A stretch of 64,000 bases of DNA, taken from the NCBI GenBank assembly GCA_965198225.1, contig CBDAOY010000006.1, forward strand, positions 960,001 through 1,024,000, given 5' to 3'. Below the pieces are notes generated by a model. That model did no database searches, had not been told where the DNA came from, and worked only from the letters and a program-made list of their open reading frames with translations. Positions 1 to 10,177 of the stretch are shown here, piece by piece. The first letter of the stretch is position 1. Each line of letters opens with the position of its first letter. Source of the stretch: Terriglobia bacterium. Its GTDB lineage: Bacteria; Acidobacteriota; Terriglobia; 20CM-2-55-15. The translations under genes were made by a program, and so were the position numbers.

Positions 1-1139
1 ATCGAAGTCTTTCCAGTTCGCCTCTCCCCGGACAGGACCGTCAGGCACCCATGTTGCTCGCTCTCGAGCTTTGAGCGGATGTAACCAAAATCCCTCTCTC
101 GCCCGAAGAACATCTCGGCGGAGCGGACCGGGTTGCCGACGATATACGGGTTCGGGCGGATGGTTTGAAAATTGGGAGTCGGAACCTGTTGGTCCCGACG
201 GCGAAACACCCTCCCGTAAAAGTGGGCCGACACATAAGATCCGGCCCAGCGTCGAAGCGGGAAGAGAAGGATCGCCGACAGAACGAGCGGTGCCAACACC
301 CGCAGCGATCCCACCGGTTCAGGGTCGGAAAAAACTGAGGAGAAAACTATGAAGAAGAGAAGGAAACCAGTGAGTGTCCCGGCGCTGACGAGCGAGTAGA
401 TCAGAAGATTCTGAAACCCGATCGAAATCATCGAGAAGTTCTCTTTGGCTACTGCGAAGACCAGCGAGATGGGAAACAGAGGCAACAGGAAGTAGGCCAG
501 GTACCCCATCAGCGCGGGAACGCTCGGGCTGACGAGTGACAGGATCCATGGGATTCCGCCCGCCAGACATCCGATCAAAACCACTCGAAGTCGGTTCTTC
601 TCCGCACCGGTGAGCGAGTAGAGGTACTGACGCACGAAAATTGACAGGCCTAGAAAAAATCCGACTATGAATACGGATACGAGAACCAGCTCTCCCGTGA
701 CGCGACTCAACGGATCGGAGAACACAACCAGCATCGCATAGAGCCCGTACACCACAAGGAGCCGGCTTGGGCCTCGATCAATCCATTCACTGGGAATCGG
801 AAAAATCAGTGAAAAATGTACGAAGGCGAAGGGAAACAGCCAGAAGCAGGCGTTCCAGAAGAAAAATCCCAGCCATCCGAGCCAGCCGCCCCGGATCAGA
901 ATCTCGTCCGGCACCACAAAGCTGAACAGCACGGACAGCGAGCCCAGCAGAAAGCACAGCACGGGCACCGCCGAGGTTGCCGGACGGACGAAACAACTGG
1001 CAACACCCAGGCTTACAAGCAGCAGGGAGAACCAGACATCGGACAGCGTCAAAGAGCCGTCGACGAGAAAAGACAGCTCGATGCCAAAAATGGAGACCAG
1101 CAACAGCAGCAGGATCGACTGGACGAAACGTTTAGGCAT
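1..1139 (-). CDS. Polytopic membrane protein fused to a P-loop (AAA/STAND-like) ATPase, partial (runs off the left edge)
   Basis: Not in the ORF track. My translation of the minus strand from ATG 1139 gives MPKRFVQSILLLLLVS..., many hydrophobic helices, then NPYIVGNPV..FFGRE..LSGERRTGKTS (Walker A) at the window edge, with no stop. Confidence 0.8.
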   Translation of the reverse strand, partial: MPKRFVQSILLLLLVSIFGIELSFLVDGSLTLSDVWFSLLLVSLGVASCFVRPATSAVPVLCFLLGSLSVLFSFVVPDEILIRGGWLGWLGFFFWNACFWLFPFAFVHFSLIFPIPSEWIDRGPSRLLVVYGLYAMLVVFSDPLSRVTGELVLVSVFIVGFFLGLSIFVRQYLYSLTGAEKNRLRVVLIGCLAGGIPWILSLVSPSVPALMGYLAYFLLPLFPISLVFAVAKENFSMISIGFQNLLIYSLVSAGTLTGFLLFFIVFSSVFSDPEPVGSLRVLAPLVLSAILLFPLRRWAGSYVSAHFYGRVFRRRDQQVPTPNFQTIRPNPYIVGNPVRSAEMFFGRERDFGYIRSKLESEQHGCLTVLSGERRTGKTS

Positions 1140-1258
1140 GGGCCATGTCGCTCGGGCAAATCCAGTGTGCACGAAGCGCCCTAATTGTTCCAAGAAGCAG
1201 GCCGGATGGGGTTATAGTTTTTCTTAGGCCAGCCAAGCATATGCTCGCCGGAGGGCGG

Positions 1259-2437
1259 ATGCGAGAGATAACGGTCGCGCTTCTCAGCTTGCTCCTCACA
1301 GTCAGCAGCTTGTGGGGACAAACCGAAACCGACCTGGACCGACGGGTCAGAGACGGTAAGGATGCGATCTACCGCCAGGAGTACGCAGCGGGAACGAAGA
1401 TATACGAGGAGATAGTCGAAGACTATCCGGAAAGCCCTGTCGGCTACGGCATGTTGTCGATCACGACCTGGGACCAGCTGCTCTATGCTGCGGCAAACGT
1501 CACGCTGCACGACTACGGAGCTCCCAGTCCTTTCTCGAACTCGAAGATTTACAAATCAGTCCGAGCGGAGTCGGAACGGTTTCACACCGCGAACGACAAA
1601 CTGCTTGCGGTGTGCGACAGGATACTGGCGGAAGATCCCACGAACGTACTCGCCCTCTACTTCCAGGGCCTGGCCTATGAGAATCTCGCAGCCGAGGCGA
1701 TCGTGATCACGAAAAACAGGGGAAGAGCGTTTAGCCACGGCAAGAGAGCCAACAATATCCATCGGCAAGTCTTGAGACTGGATCCCACCTTCGTCGATGC
1801 GAACGTCAGTGTCGCCGTTTACGAGTTCGCCAAGGCGACTCTTCCCTGGAGCATAAAATGGCTCGCCTTCCTGATTGGATATCGCGGTGATAAAGAAGAG
1901 GCCTTCAGGAAACTGGAGAATGTCGCCGAGCACGGAAAGTACCGCAGCCAGGACGCGCAGGTGATTCTCTCGGCCATGTACACCTGGAAAGGAGACCCAC
2001 AGAAGGCCGTTTCAATCTTCGAAGAGTTGGGCCGACTCTATCCCCAGAACTACAGGGTTGACCTCAACCTCGCCGCGGTCCACGCGTATACGCTCGAGAA
2101 CCCGAGAGCGGCACTCGAGACCTACAAGAACCTCGAGCAGACGCTCCCGGCAAAGACACCGGGTCTGCACGAAGGCGAGCTTCAGTTCCGGATCGGTAAA
2201 ACCTACCTTGAGCTTCGCGAATACAGCCTTGCGCGCACGGCATTCGAGAAAGCCATCGAGCTGCCCAAAGGGGAGCTGGAAACCGAGCCTCTGGCTTATT
2301 TCTACCTCGCCCAGATTAACGAAGAACAAGGTGCTCGGGATGAAGCAGTGGAACACTATCGCAAGGTATTGGCATACACCGGTCCGATAGCGGGCATCGA
2401 GGACGAGATCAAGACAGCGCGCAAGAAAGTACGCTGA
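1259..2437 (+). CDS. Exported tetratricopeptide-repeat protein
   Basis: GGAGGG RBS before ATG 1259; signal peptide MREITVALLSLLLTVSSLWG; TPR-like helices (A.ETYK, A..AFEKAIEL, AYFYLAQI). Confidence 0.8.
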   Translation: MREITVALLSLLLTVSSLWGQTETDLDRRVRDGKDAIYRQEYAAGTKIYEEIVEDYPESPVGYGMLSITTWDQLLYAAANVTLHDYGAPSPFSNSKIYKSVRAESERFHTANDKLLAVCDRILAEDPTNVLALYFQGLAYENLAAEAIVITKNRGRAFSHGKRANNIHRQVLRLDPTFVDANVSVAVYEFAKATLPWSIKWLAFLIGYRGDKEEAFRKLENVAEHGKYRSQDAQVILSAMYTWKGDPQKAVSIFEELGRLYPQNYRVDLNLAAVHAYTLENPRAALETYKNLEQTLPAKTPGLHEGELQFRIGKTYLELREYSLARTAFEKAIELPKGELETEPLAYFYLAQINEEQGARDEAVEHYRKVLAYTGPIAGIEDEIKTARKKVR

Positions 2438-2454
2438 GAGAATGTAACCGGCAG

Positions 2455-4398
2455 CTACGGTCCACGCCAGAAAAACAGCTTCTTCCGCGGTTTCAACAGG
2501 TCCGCGAGATCCGACAGCAATTCCCCAACGTTGGCGTATCGCTCGAGAGGTTCCTTTTCTAGCATCATCCCGAGGATACGGTTCAGCGGTTCGTCGTTCC
2601 CCACCTGGTAAAACCCGAGCTCGGGTGTCGGGTCATTGAGAATCGCATCGATGGTCGCCGCCGGCGTGCGTCGGAGGAACGGGATCTTGCCTGTAATTCC
2701 CTCGAAGAGCACAACCCCCGCTGAAAAAATGTCGCTGCGTCCGTCGGCCGATTCGCCCCGAACCTGCTCCGGCGACATGTAGGCCAGAGTCCCCAGGAAA
2801 TCGCCGGCGTTCGTCAAGGTCAGCGTCTGGAGTGTCTTCATCCGCGACTCCCTCTGCTTTGCCAAACCAAAGTCCAGGATTTTCATGTGGCGGCCGGCTG
2901 TAATCATCAGGTTGGCGGGTTTAATGTCCCGGTGTACGATCCCATTTCCATGGGCCGTCTCCAACCCGTTGCCGATCTCGATCAGCCAATTCACCATCTC
3001 CCTCCAATCCAGACGCCCCCGGGCCGCAATCTCTTCAGCCAGGGTACGGCCCTCTAGCCACTCCATCACCAGTACAACCTGCGAGCCCAGCTCGAGGAGC
3101 TCGTAGACCGCAGTGATCGAGGGGTGGGCGAGCCCGGCGGCCGAGCGCGCCTCCCGGACGAATCGGTCTCGAAAAGTGGCCTTATCCAGCAAATCCGGGC
3201 GGATCACTTTCAGGGCCACGGGCCTCTGGAGAACCAGATCCAGGGCGCGGTAGACGACGCCCATCCCGCCTTTCCCGGCACGGGACACCACTTCGTACTG
3301 GTTGATCCTTGCCCCCGGCGAGAGGTCGACTTCAGTCGAAGACGCAGGGGCCGTTCCCGACTCCGCAACGGTAGCTCCGATCGTGCGGCTCTCGGCGGCG
3401 CCTGCAAATTGGGTCAGCAGTTTGGAGAAGACCCGAAGTTGCTTCTCTTCCGTCTCCCGAAGGTAACCTGCCTTCAGCAGCCTTCTGGCGATGTGGGCGT
3501 GTTCCGGGCTCGGCATTCGGCCTTCCATCACAGCTACCAGAACCTGTTGCTGTTCGGAAGGACACTGCTGCCAGAAATGACTGAAGTGGGGATCTGCCTC
3601 TTCCCGGATCCGGGCTTCGATTTCCTCACTATCAAGGTGCCGGCCGGGGTTTTCTCTCAACCAGTCGAAGTAGACCGAACAGGCGATCTGCAGGTAGAAG
3701 GGCAGGTATCCGGCCAGATCGAGAATATCCTCCGAAAACTCTTCCAGAGGGATTTTCTCAGCAGCGGACGGCGAGGCGATCAGCTCCAATGCTTCTTCGT
3801 GCGCCAAAGGCCCAAGGTAGAGGTTGGTGAATATGTTGAAGAACGGGGAGTCCGAAATCTCCGAAGAATGGCAGAGCTGTTGAAGTTCGGTCTTAGAAGA
3901 CGTGACGTAGCCCACATCGTAGTTGTTCGCGGTGGACCGAAGGTAAGAAAAGAAGTCGCGATCGAACGTCGGGTTGGAAGTAATCGCGTCGAATTCGTCG
4001 AAAAGCATGATGAGCTTCCGGTTTTCCTTGCTCAAACGCTCCAGCATCTTGTGAAAGGAGCCGTACGTTGGCGCTTCCGCCCCGCCGAGCGAGGGGTCGG
4101 CGCGACCGATCTGGTAGAAGAGAAGCTCGAAGAAGTCTTGAAGAGAAATCGTGCGGAGCTGTTGAAAATCCAGGAAAGCGACAACGAGTGAACCCGGATT
4201 ATCGACAAGCTTCTCTCGCACACCTGGCCAGGTGAGATAGTACAGGAGGGACGACTTGCCGATTCTGCGTTCGCCGACCACCGACACGCTCTGAGGACGA
4301 TCTGACGCAACACGATCCAGGATACGCGCGACCTGGCGGTGCCGACCGTAAAAACGGTCTTCGTCCCGAATCATGAGCCGACTGAGGTAGGGATTCAT
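2455..4398 (-). CDS. AAA/STAND-like ATPase fused to a C-terminal Ser/Thr protein kinase
   Basis: NPY..FYGR, Walker A GERRIGKS, Walker B LFDEFD; kinase motifs [26 protein letters not shown]. Confidence 0.9.
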   Translation of the reverse strand: MNPYLSRLMIRDEDRFYGRHRQVARILDRVASDRPQSVSVVGERRIGKSSLLYYLTWPGVREKLVDNPGSLVVAFLDFQQLRTISLQDFFELLFYQIGRADPSLGGAEAPTYGSFHKMLERLSKENRKLIMLFDEFDAITSNPTFDRDFFSYLRSTANNYDVGYVTSSKTELQQLCHSSEISDSPFFNIFTNLYLGPLAHEEALELIASPSAAEKIPLEEFSEDILDLAGYLPFYLQIACSVYFDWLRENPGRHLDSEEIEARIREEADPHFSHFWQQCPSEQQQVLVAVMEGRMPSPEHAHIARRLLKAGYLRETEEKQLRVFSKLLTQFAGAAESRTIGATVAESGTAPASSTEVDLSPGARINQYEVVSRAGKGGMGVVYRALDLVLQRPVALKVIRPDLLDKATFRDRFVREARSAAGLAHPSITAVYELLELGSQVVLVMEWLEGRTLAEEIAARGRLDWREMVNWLIEIGNGLETAHGNGIVHRDIKPANLMITAGRHMKILDFGLAKQRESRMKTLQTLTLTNAGDFLGTLAYMSPEQVRGESADGRSDIFSAGVVLFEGITGKIPFLRRTPAATIDAILNDPTPELGFYQVGNDEPLNRILGMMLEKEPLERYANVGELLSDLADLLKPRKKLFFWRGP

Positions 4399-4410
4399 TA
4401 GCAGGACATT

Positions 4411-5349
4411 CTAGTTCTTGATTGAGTTTCGGTAGATGCTTTGAATCAGGGTCCGCTGCGAAAATGGTAGGTAGGCAAGGCCGGCCACACCCGCTAATGC
4501 CAGCCCGAAACCAATCCTGCCTGTCGCAAGCAGTGGCGAAGCGGCCCACAGCCCATCCAATACCAGCAGGACCGGAAACAGTCGGTGGAATTTCAGCCCG
4601 GCGGCAGGATGAGCCCAGCCTACGGAGGAGACCAGGTACAGGCGCACGGCGATGCCGCACATGGCGGTCATGATGACGAAGGGTAATGTGAGCGCAATTG
4701 GGACGAGGCGAAAGCCACTCAATGCCTGTTCCAAGGCCCCTACGTAATAGAGGGTCGAGCAGTACATCGCCAGATAGCCGGCCTGTATGATCAAGAACAA
4801 GACTCGCGCCAGGCTCCTGGGTAAGGCAAAACCTGCCTCCAATTCTGCCTCGGTCGGCATTCTGGCCGTGGGAGGGTCCTGGCCAATCTGCCGAGGATCG
4901 GCTGGTTCACGGCTCGAGGGTTGGGTGAGTCCAATCGTCGTGAGACCCCCGGTCGGATTCTGACCGGGGGCTACCTGCTCACCCGCGGCAGAATCTGTCC
5001 AGCCGGCCCGGGCTACAGCCTCCACGGGTGCGACGAAGCGATAGCCTTTGCGTGGCAGCGTCTCGATCAGGCGCGGCTTCTCCACATCGTCGCCCAAAGC
5101 CCCACGGATCTTCCGCACCGCCGTATTGATCGCGTGCTCAAAATCTACGAACTGGCCGTCCCCCCACAACGTTTTCTGGATCTCGCCGCGGGTAACCAGT
5201 TCTCCGGGACGGCTGGCGAGCAGCATGAGTAGCCTGGCGGGCTGATCCTGCAGCCGAATTCGATGCCCATGTTTGTGAAGTTCGCCTGTTCGAAGGTCGA
5301 ACTCGAAGGAATCAAAGCGTAGTCGAGCCGGCTGATCCTTCTGAGTCAT
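4411..5349 (-). CDS. CadC/ToxR-like winged-helix transcriptional regulator with C-terminal TM helices
   Basis: RLQDQP..LL.LL...GELVTR.EI...LW...INTAVRKIRGALGD....PRLIETLPRKGYRF (Trans_reg_C); hydrophobic C-terminus. Confidence 0.88.
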   Translation of the reverse strand: MTQKDQPARLRFDSFEFDLRTGELHKHGHRIRLQDQPARLLMLLASRPGELVTRGEIQKTLWGDGQFVDFEHAINTAVRKIRGALGDDVEKPRLIETLPRKGYRFVAPVEAVARAGWTDSAAGEQVAPGQNPTGGLTTIGLTQPSSREPADPRQIGQDPPTARMPTEAELEAGFALPRSLARVLFLIIQAGYLAMYCSTLYYVGALEQALSGFRLVPIALTLPFVIMTAMCGIAVRLYLVSSVGWAHPAAGLKFHRLFPVLLVLDGLWAASPLLATGRIGFGLALAGVAGLAYLPFSQRTLIQSIYRNSIKN

Positions 5350-5430
5350 CTGATCGTGCCTTCAATCGAGGGACCGAAGCGCCCGCTTTGCAGCACTTCA
5401 TCAGGCGTGCTGCAACGCCAAAGTCATAGC

Positions 5431-5443
5431 AATCAATAAGTTA
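5431..5443. promoter_or_regulatory. IHF-consensus site in the divergent intergenic region
   Basis: AATCAATAAGTTA matches WATCAANNNNTTR. Confidence 0.4.
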
Positions 5444-5604
5444 GCTGTTCAGAAACGCTTCAGAAACTATACACCATCAATCGAGAAAGGATCTAGGGCC
5501 GGTGCATTGATGCCGTTCCCAGACCTGTCCGACGATGGCGCGTGGCACCCCGATTGGGGCGTAACCGAGGATCTCACTTTTGAATTGCATTAACGGAGGC
5601 GAAC

Positions 5605-6102
5605 ATGCGCCGTTTGATTCTGATCAGTGTCATTGTGTTGCTGCTTCCCCTCGCAGGCCGGGCACAAGAAAAGGGAACGCCACCCTCCAGCCAGACCTAC
5701 GTTTTCTTTGCTCCAGGATGGGGCCTTCCCGGCGGTGGAAAGATCGCACAGTTCGGAGGTGGAGGAGAACGGCTGGTTTACAAAAGGCTGGGCATCGGAG
5801 GAGACATCGGCTACCTGTTTCCTGCACGCGGAGTGCGGAATGGAGTCGGTCTGCTTTCGGTAAACGCATCCTATCAGTTCACGGAAAACCGTTCGTCGCA
5901 AAAGCTGGTCCCGTTTGTGACGGGTGGGTACTCCTTGATGTTTCGGGGCGGTTCAATCAGCGGGTTCAATTTCGGAGCTGGGGTAACGGAATGGTTCTCA
6001 GACCGGATAGGCCTCCGCATGGAAGTTCGAGATCATTTCGTCTCTCCCTGCGGGTGCAGCCTCCACGTCGTTCAATTCCGTGTAGGTTTGACATTCCGCT
6101 AA
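5605..6102 (+). CDS. Small outer-membrane beta-barrel protein
   Basis: GGAGG RBS, signal peptide, alternating beta strands (PFVTGGY, NFGAGV, LRMEVRD), terminal F-R. Confidence 0.75.
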   Translation: MRRLILISVIVLLLPLAGRAQEKGTPPSSQTYVFFAPGWGLPGGGKIAQFGGGGERLVYKRLGIGGDIGYLFPARGVRNGVGLLSVNASYQFTENRSSQKLVPFVTGGYSLMFRGGSISGFNFGAGVTEWFSDRIGLRMEVRDHFVSPCGCSLHVVQFRVGLTFR

Positions 6103-6134
6103 CCGATCCGTACGGCGAAACTTCAGGATCGGGT

Positions 6135-6200
6135 GTAGGTGCGCTCTATGAGCGCACATGGTTTCGGTTCGAAGAGTGTGCGGTCATAGACCGCACCTAC
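6135..6200. repeat. GTAG-type REP doublet (REPIN-like)
   Basis: GTAGGTGCGCTCTATGAGCGCAC...GTGCGGTCATAGACCGCACCTAC in inverted arrangement; the same unit occurs at 9785, 15322 and 62298. Confidence 0.8.
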
Positions 6201-6478
6201 ACCTCCGTCTCTTCACGGTCCAGCTTCTCCATCATACGCATCCGCCCGTTGCCGCCGCTTCCTCTCCATCGACCCAAGAATCCACCGAACAGAATGCGGC
6301 TTAGAAGCAGGAGTCCCAGCGCTTGCCAGAAGCTGATTGCCGGCAGCCCGAACAGTGCCGGCATCAGCCAGTTCCAAAGAGCCCAGAGGGCAACGCCGTA
6401 CACGGCAATGAACAGCAGCGTGAACAGCGCGAACTTCAGGAATTTGTTCTTACGTTCCAGCATCCGCCTGCCGATCAT
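6197..6478 (-). CDS. Small membrane protein; its stop codon is supplied by the REP
   Basis: LWNWLMPALFGLPAISFWQALGLLLLSRILFGG conserved-looking motif; the TAG stop is the REP GTAG. Confidence 0.65.
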   Translation of the reverse strand: MIGRRMLERKNKFLKFALFTLLFIAVYGVALWALWNWLMPALFGLPAISFWQALGLLLLSRILFGGFLGRWRGSGGNGRMRMMEKLDREETEV

Positions 6479-6513
6479 GGCACCGGCACCCGTTCCTTCA
6501 GTTATTCAAACCA
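6475..6513 (-). pseudogene. Orphan 3' tail of a kinase-propeller gene (WFE*LKERVPVP*)
   Basis: Near-identical to the 3' ends at 12494, 22921 and 35004, with one nonsense codon. Confidence 0.8.
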
Positions 6514-6540
6514 GACGGCCTTGCACGTCGGAGGAGAGCT

Positions 6541-6804
6541 TCAACGGTCACCGGATTGGCGCCTACCGCTGGTTCCGCCAAGGCGGCGACCAGGATACGC
6601 CCCGGCTCTGTCGTCGCCACCTTCCTTCCGTTTGGCTCCCGCGGCGGCTGTTTCGATGTCGCCGGCTTCGAGGAGTTTAACCAGCAGTGGGTGCTCGAGA
6701 GCTTTTGGCGACACCTGCCCGGTCTTCCCGGGTCCGAGAAACAGTCTTTTCCCGCCGGGCAGGGGAAGGCTAATAGGTTTTTGAGTCTTGTTGGTGATGT
6801 CCAT
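6541..6804 (-). CDS. Hypothetical protein
   Basis: 87-aa ORF, codirectional downstream of the frc operon. Confidence 0.55.
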   Translation of the reverse strand: MDITNKTQKPISLPLPGGKRLFLGPGKTGQVSPKALEHPLLVKLLEAGDIETAAAGAKRKEGGDDRAGAYPGRRLGGTSGRRQSGDR

Positions 6805-6848
6805 GGGTTTTTTTGACAGAACTTATCGTCCGCTGAAGGGGTTGCCGT

Positions 6849-7910
6849 TCAGTTGGCCGCACGGTTTTTCCCCAGACGCTGATCCACCAGGGTGACGATC
6901 TCGTCTACCGTGTCGGACTGGAGTCCTTGTTGCTGAGCGATTTGCCGAACGAGGCAATCGACCCGTTCGATGTGTCTTGCACCGCCGAAGAGCGCACGTG
7001 CCGCAGAAGAAGGCTTGGCCAGCCCCTCGGCGGCTTTTGCGTACTTCTCGAAGGGCACCATGTCGGCATCCGTCGCTCCCAGCCGAGTGCACAGTTTCCG
7101 AGCCCAATCGTAGACTTCCCGTGACGCCTTGACGTTACCGTGCACCGCCTCCTTGATGGGGATCAGGTCGTCGGGCCCGATACACCGGTAGTTTCCCGCG
7201 AGCAACATCGGCCACTTGGCCAGCGGCACGAAGATGGAATCGTGCACCTTGAGCTTTACTGGAACTTCAATGGCGCCATCGCCGGGATCGAATCGGACTG
7301 CCTCGATGTCGGCCTGGAGGTTTTTGAGCATCGCCGTGTGTGTTTCAGATTCGAACCGCGCCGCCTTGAAATTCGTGGGCAACCCAACATGGAGAATGTT
7401 CTTCGGCTCGGCCGGCGGGCGGAACGCCTGGGGGTCGGGACTCGCCAGCGTGACCAGCCCTGGCTCGAAGCCTTCCCAAACGCCGGGATCGGTGTAGCAC
7501 TGGGTCAGGGCGCCGGTCGAAAGCCCCGGAATACGCTGGAGGTACGGCAAAGGAGGCATGTTCATGATCGCCAGGCACGGCACGCGCGCTGCCGCGACAC
7601 GTCCCATCAGCTCCCGGACGCCATCCGCGCCGTACTGCGCTTCCTGCATGCCCAGCACGACCAGGTCGAAGTCGCCCGGGTCGACCGTGTCTGGCGCGCT
7701 GGCGGAAAGCTCGCCTTCGAGCCCATTTGAGGAGATCTCGACCGGCGTTTCCCGCCCACGGATCGGAAAGCGCACCACGGTCCCGTCACGGTTTATCAAT
7801 TCGGCGGTGGGCCTGGTGCAAACCAAAGTCACCGGGTGTCCCGCTAACAGCAACTTGGTGCCGAACAACGAGCCGTATGAGGCCCCGAGAATCAGTACGT
7901 TGTATTTCAC
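6849..7910 (-). CDS. Ketopantoate-reductase-like Rossmann-fold protein
   Basis: N-terminal ILGASYGS dinucleotide-binding motif; immediately downstream of frc. Confidence 0.6.
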   Translation of the reverse strand: MKYNVLILGASYGSLFGTKLLLAGHPVTLVCTRPTAELINRDGTVVRFPIRGRETPVEISSNGLEGELSASAPDTVDPGDFDLVVLGMQEAQYGADGVRELMGRVAAARVPCLAIMNMPPLPYLQRIPGLSTGALTQCYTDPGVWEGFEPGLVTLASPDPQAFRPPAEPKNILHVGLPTNFKAARFESETHTAMLKNLQADIEAVRFDPGDGAIEVPVKLKVHDSIFVPLAKWPMLLAGNYRCIGPDDLIPIKEAVHGNVKASREVYDWARKLCTRLGATDADMVPFEKYAKAAEGLAKPSSAARALFGGARHIERVDCLVRQIAQQQGLQSDTVDEIVTLVDQRLGKNRAAN

Positions 7911-7927
7911 TGTTTCATCGCGCCGCG

Positions 7928-9175
7928 TCAGATCGCACCCTGCTCACGCGCAATCTCGATCTCATTGTCATCGAGGCCAACGACGGTCTTGAGGATCTCT
8001 TCGGTATGTTCGCCCAGGAGCGGCGAGCGTGCGACCTCAGGAGCCGAATCCGACAGCTTGATCGGGTTGCCGACCGTCAAGTACTTGCCGCGTTCCGGGT
8101 GATCGACCTCAACAACCGTGCCGGTCTGGCGCAGTGATTCCTCATTGGCCAGCTCTTTCATGGACAGAATCGGGCCGCATGGTACGTTCAGCGGATTGAG
8201 GATTTCCATGACTTCCATCTTGCCCTTGGTCAAGGTCCACTTCTCGATTTCCGCGAACACCTGGTCCAACTTAGGGAGCCGCGCCTCGGGGGTGTTCCAT
8301 TCCGGATCCTCGAGCCAATCCTCGCGGCCGATGGCCTTGGCCAGCGCGGGGAACGCCGCCGTCTGGGTGATCACGTAGATGTAGCTGTCCGGATCGGTCT
8401 CCCACCCCTTGCACTTGACGATCCAGCCCGGGTGGCCGCCACCGGAGGCGTTGCCGGCACGCGGCACGGCATCGCCGAACTCGCCGTTCGGATATTGCGG
8501 ATACTCCTTGAGCGGGCCGTGCGCGATCCGCTGTTGGTCACGGAGCTTCACGCGACAGAGGTTGAGGACGGCATCTTGCATGGCGCATTCCACGCGCTGG
8601 CCCCTACCGCTCTTCTCACGCTGGAATAGGGCGGCAAGGATGCCCGCCACCAGGTGAATGCCGGAGCCGGAATCGCCGATCTGTGCGCCGGTAACCGTCG
8701 GGAAACCGTCGAGCTCCCCGGTAGTCGAAGCTGCCCCGCCGGTGCACTGGGCAATGTTCTCATACACCTTGCAATCCTCGTAAGCACCGGGACCGAATCC
8801 CTTGACCGAGGCGTAGATCATGCGCGGATTGATCCGCTGGATCTTCTCCCAGGGGAAGCCCATGCGATCGATTGCACCGGGCGCGAAGTTCTCCACCATC
8901 ACGTCGCACTCTTCGATCAACCTGGCAAAAATCTTGTTGCCCGCTTCGGTCTTGGGATTCAGTGTGACGCTACGCTTGTTGGCGTTGAGCATGGTGAAGT
9001 AGAGGCTGTCCACATCCGGAATGTCGCGCAATTGGGCGCGTGTCGGGTCTCCGGGGCCCGGCCGTTCGATCTTGATGACGTCGGCGCCGAACCACGCCAG
9101 GATCTGCGTGCAGGTCGGTCCCGCCTGCACATGGGTCATATCGAGGATACGGACACCGTCCAGAGCTTTTCCCAT
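7928..9175 (-). CDS. frc: Formyl-CoA transferase (class III CoA-transferase)
   Basis: [59 protein letters not shown]. Confidence 0.92.
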   Translation of the reverse strand: MGKALDGVRILDMTHVQAGPTCTQILAWFGADVIKIERPGPGDPTRAQLRDIPDVDSLYFTMLNANKRSVTLNPKTEAGNKIFARLIEECDVMVENFAPGAIDRMGFPWEKIQRINPRMIYASVKGFGPGAYEDCKVYENIAQCTGGAASTTGELDGFPTVTGAQIGDSGSGIHLVAGILAALFQREKSGRGQRVECAMQDAVLNLCRVKLRDQQRIAHGPLKEYPQYPNGEFGDAVPRAGNASGGGHPGWIVKCKGWETDPDSYIYVITQTAAFPALAKAIGREDWLEDPEWNTPEARLPKLDQVFAEIEKWTLTKGKMEVMEILNPLNVPCGPILSMKELANEESLRQTGTVVEVDHPERGKYLTVGNPIKLSDSAPEVARSPLLGEHTEEILKTVVGLDDNEIEIAREQGAI

Positions 9176-9580
9176 GATTCTCCTATTCTTCAACCGGGGT
9201 CACCGCGAGTCCTGCGACGCGTTCGGCTCCGGTCCGGCGTCAACTTTTCGAGCCGGCTCTTGAACTACCCGAAAAGGTCCCTCACTCGTGGGACAAGCAA
9301 GATGGTAAAGGCGATTCCACTCAGCACGGTGAAAACGACGAAAGTAAACCAACTGAACGCGCGGCGAAAACCGACGGATACAGCGCTTTATCTTCTCGCG
9401 GAATCCTTGTGAAGCAATAGTACAAATTCAAAAAAAGATTTCTCGACTGCGGAAATCGATACGGATGTGGATGAGGCCGACCTGGCCGGTGTTGCAGAAA
9501 GTCCTTGGTAGCAGAAGCGAGTCTCAGAGCAGATAAGGAACGCCCATGGAAAGAGCCCTGTAGTCCCCGACACCCGAGCG

Positions 9581-9973
9581 TCAGCCCGCCTCCCAGTCCC
9601 GCTTCAGCATCGAGTAGACCGTGAGGTCGAGATAACGATCGTTGACCCATTCCGCCTCGCGCCAGATGCCCTCGAATTCGAACCCCAAACGCTCGGCGAC
9701 GGCCCGGCTCTTCGTGTGCGCATCTTCGTCCCAAACAGTTCGAGGAGAAGGGCATTTTGGAGAAGCCCGTGTCCTAACTCAGGTGTAGGTGCGGTCTATG
9801 ACCGCACACTCTTCGAACCGAAACACGTGTGCGAGCGCACCTACACCCGATCCCAAGGTTTTCCGCAGGTAGTCACGGTTGCTATCGATCAGGGCGAAGA
9901 TCTCCCGAGCGTCTTCGGGTTGTACCCCTGCCAGGACAATGCCGTCGCCGATGTCGAGTGTGTCGAACGCCAT
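9581..9973 (-). pseudogene. RimJ/RimL GNAT acetyltransferase remnant interrupted by a REP doublet
   Basis: N-terminal part EDAREIFALIDSNRDYLR; C-terminal part [40 protein letters not shown]; the middle is missing. Confidence 0.75.
9785..9844. repeat. GTAG-type REP doublet
   Basis: Reverse-complement copy of 6135-6200 including the spacer CTCTTCGAACCGAAAC; second arm partly deleted. Confidence 0.8.
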
Positions 9974-10177
9974 ACTTCTCACCAAGTGGTTGGCTCGCCA
10001 GGGCGGCTACATGGACATCTATTCGATCAGCCTCGGTGGCTATCTCTTCCTCATGTGCCTCTTGACGGTCTTCGTCCTGCGGCGAACGAGTCCGCGAGAA
10101 CAGACATTGAGTTAAGGGTAAGGTCGAACCCCGCTGACCCTCGGGGTCCGCGGCGGTGTGGGTTGGGTCATTTCCTG

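Noticed and set aside
816-1184. Q-rich plus-strand ORF and other long antisense ORFs (e.g. 3124-4191, 5580-6680, 49524-50525)
   Set aside because: Shadow frames of real genes in GC-rich DNA
9879-10168. Short ORFs left of IS256
   Set aside because: No convincing start or motif; at most a membrane-protein fragment
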